This document shows, in pieces, positions 61,598-64,000 of a stretch of DNA of 64,000 bases. The notes beneath the pieces were generated by a model. It saw only the letters and a list, made by a program, of their open reading frames with translations, was not told where the DNA came from and searched no databases. The stretch is from a virus. The first letter of the stretch is position 1, and each line of letters opens with the position of its first letter. The DNA lies in the IMG/VR virus record IMGVR_UViG_3300026076_000001; one strand, 5' to 3'. Position numbers and translations under genes: made by a program.

Positions 61598-64000
61598 TTA
61601 AGATTGCTTGTATGCTTGTAGGTCTTTGGTAACCACTGAGAATGTGCCTAAACCTGATATGTCAGCGACTGCTGTACTACCACTAAATGCTGCTAGTTCT
61701 GCTACTGCACCTAGTGCACCCCAGAAGAATCTAGTACCATCACGATAGTTAGAGCTAGTTGATACACTAAACTCAACATTAAATAGTCCTCGTGCAGACA
61801 TAGACATAGACAAATCAGCTTTAGACCAGTAAACAAACTGTGATCCTACCTCTCTATAACTAGCATCTTGCTTACTCATATCTGTTGGTATCTTAGTTGT
61901 CAAACACTGACGATCATTAGGAGTACCACTGTTAGCACTGGATGATGATGTCATTATAGTACTGTGCTCAGGACCATTAATGACTAGACCAGCAGGATCA
62001 GTAATACCTGACGTGCTAATCTTACCAATACGTGTTATATTAGCAGCATCTGGTGTTTTATTCTGTATATTACTATTACCACCATCAGATCTTGTTGTTA
62101 GATTAGCAGATGTGATCTCTATAATATATGTGTCAATCTGTGAGAACTGGTTAGTAATAGCTGCCAGTACAAATAATCTATCATTCCAACACTGTAGTTG
62201 ACGATATCTTAACTGTGTAGCAGTATGAACGTCATCCTCATTCTCTGTAATAGTTGTATCTACACTTGGTTGCTCAACAAATCCCCAACGCATATCTTTA
62301 ACTATGTCAGCACCTTGAGAGTTGTTGATAATAAAACTAGTGACTGAGTATGGATGATCTTCATAACCTGAAGCCCAACTGGTTGTACCATTAATAGTTT
62401 GTTGAGTATTACATATGAGTACTACACCATTTGTTTTACTAGACTGTGTTTCTTGTCCACCAACTGCAAATGAGTATCCCCAAGGTGATTGTTGTGTGTT
62501 ATGAATAGAATCAACACCCTTCTGGAATCGGAATGTATTTAATTTAAGATCATCACCGAGTACATATCCTGAAGAGTTAGACCCTGTTGTAGCATCAGGT
62601 GTGCTGCCATTATATTCAATAACACCATACATACCACGAGTAGTGGCACCTGTCGTATCATAGAGAGAACCTGCATATCCTACGTAAAGTGTTGAGTTGT
62701 CATTACTATCTGATTGGAATACATCTAAACCAAATACACCATCAATAGCATTATTAGAGACACCAGCACCAACCTTAACTGATGTACTACTATTCTGTGC
62801 TGCTACAATTGTGGGTGCACCACTACCAGCAACAGTTAAAGGAATACAAGATATAACAGCGTGTTGTGTTGGTACTGTTGTTGCTAGTGATGTGAAATGT
62901 CCACCAACAAATAGTTTAGCAGTGTTAGTACTATCCATAGTTACTGCTACACAATGAAGCTGGAAGTTAGCAGTTGCATCTCCCAACGTAGATGTATCAC
63001 TATTAGTGAAATGATAATCCCATTGGAATGTTAAATCTTTATCGTAGCAGGTAATATATCCTACACCATAGTTGTTACCACCAGTAGTATCAGCAGCCCA
63101 ACCAACTGTGTATATATTTCCTACTTCATCTATTACTACATCTTTAGGATAAGTATTATATCCTGTATCATACATTCTAGTCTCTACACCACCAGTAGGA
63201 GTGTGACGACTGAGTAACTGTTTACGAATGGTACTACCATCAAAATACTGTGATACAGTAATCATACCATTAGGATGCTCTTGCTTCTTAATTCTTGATT
63301 CTTCAATAGATCCATCACCCTGTAGCTTAGTGTACGTTGCTACATCAAAGTCTGTTTGTGCGTTGTCAGTACTAACTGTCTGATCAACATACAAATGTGC
63401 AGGACAAGATGCTTTAGGTTCAATTAAACTAAGTTCAGCTGACTCTTCAAATGTCTGTAAGAATATACCTTGAGAACCACGACGCTCTGCTCTATCCCAA
63501 GCTCTAGTGCTAGTAGTATCTAACTGTAGATTTTGTGTGGGTGCTACCCATAAGAATCTACCATTATATGTACCACTATCTAATGTCTCTAGTCTCTTAG
63601 CATTACCAGGTATAGTTGTTGCTTGGTAAGTAGCAGTCTTTTGTTGTGTACCTAACTGTGATGGGTTGACTGTCTGATTGTAATCAGTATTCCAACCAGT
63701 ACAACACCTCAACAGTTTCCATTTCTCTGTACCATTTGAATCAACAACGTTGGCATCATATAACATTTCCTCCCAACATCTTACCACTGTTGCAGGAGTA
63801 TATGAGAATCTTCTTAGTCTAAGATCAGTAGTTCCTACTGGTGGGAATAGATCTCTTACCTCAATTGGTCCAATCAAGTCACCATTGTGAGGTAATTTGA
63901 ATATAACATTATCAACGAAATGACCAGATGATCCAACATTACTATCACTAACGTGACGTGCAGTAACTATCATATTGTTGAATGCATCAAAGTTGATGCT
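61598..64000 (-). CDS. Large beta-propeller-like virion/fibre protein, 5' end truncated by the window edge
   Basis: The frame stays open upstream of the listed Met (SINFDAFNNMIVT). DVVIDEVGNIYTVG, YITCYDKDLTFQW and KLFVGG propeller-type blades. Confidence 0.65.
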   Translation of the reverse strand, partial: SINFDAFNNMIVTARHVSDSNVGSSGHFVDNVIFKLPHNGDLIGPIEVRDLFPPVGTTDLRLRRFSYTPATVVRCWEEMLYDANVVDSNGTEKWKLLRCCTGWNTDYNQTVNPSQLGTQQKTATYQATTIPGNAKRLETLDSGTYNGRFLWVAPTQNLQLDTTSTRAWDRAERRGSQGIFLQTFEESAELSLIEPKASCPAHLYVDQTVSTDNAQTDFDVATYTKLQGDGSIEESRIKKQEHPNGMITVSQYFDGSTIRKQLLSRHTPTGGVETRMYDTGYNTYPKDVVIDEVGNIYTVGWAADTTGGNNYGVGYITCYDKDLTFQWDYHFTNSDTSTLGDATANFQLHCVAVTMDSTNTAKLFVGGHFTSLATTVPTQHAVISCIPLTVAGSGAPTIVAAQNSSTSVKVGAGVSNNAIDGVFGLDVFQSDSNDNSTLYVGYAGSLYDTTGATTRGMYGVIEYNGSTPDATTGSNSSGYVLGDDLKLNTFRFQKGVDSIHNTQQSPWGYSFAVGGQETQSSKTNGVVLICNTQQTINGTTSWASGYEDHPYSVTSFIINNSQGADIVKDMRWGFVEQPSVDTTITENEDDVHTATQLRYRQLQCWNDRLFVLAAITNQFSQIDTYIIEITSANLTTRSDGGNSNIQNKTPDAANITRIGKISTSGITDPAGLVINGPEHSTIMTSSSSANSGTPNDRQCLTTKIPTDMSKQDASYREVGSQFVYWSKADLSMSMSARGLFNVEFSVSTSSNYRDGTRFFWGALGAVAELAAFSGSTAVADISGLGTFSVVTKDLQAYKQS

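Noticed and set aside
1-64000. Photosynthesis AMGs (psbA, hli), introns/inteins, homing endonucleases, integrase
   Set aside because: No corresponding motifs (HNH, GIY-YIG, LAGLIDADG, intein termini, tyrosine recombinase, psbA) were recognised in the ORFs read.

Overview
This 64 kb window comes from a T4-like marine cyanomyovirus genome. The host assignment to picocyanobacteria is inferred from gene order and from small genes typical of cyanophages. Positions 1-48.4 kb form a minus-strand late structural module: PAAR/gp5.4-like spike, SET-domain gene, gp25, gp6, a 5319-aa gp7-like protein, gp8, a 2752-aa DUF4815/VrlC-like protein, fibre and adaptor genes, a 1794-aa virion protein, gp13, gp14, gp15 and a truncated gp16. 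It carries T4-type late promoters (TATAAATA/CTAAATA). Positions 48.5-61.6 kb form an accessory early/middle island of small ORFs. The island also holds three 2OG-Fe(II) oxygenases, tRNA-Asp(GTC), a PvuII-like endonuclease and a beta-class (SPPY) DNA methyltransferase. A 5'-truncated structural gene closes the window. The most notable observations are: (1) a candidate phage-encoded PvuII-like restriction-modification pair, with the nuclease under an early-type promoter and the methyltransferase downstream of a late promoter; (2) four DnaA boxes, three of them phased at 11 bp, beside an AT-rich tract; (3) 11 copies of a CAG-N8-CTG dyad at a fixed 30-33 nt upstream of -10 boxes; (4) a roughly 165-nt structured leader RNA with mutually exclusive helices; (5) recursively nested repeats inside gp7; (6) a SET-domain gene coupled to a lysine-rich peptide. 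All family calls are by-eye motif recognition; no database search was run.
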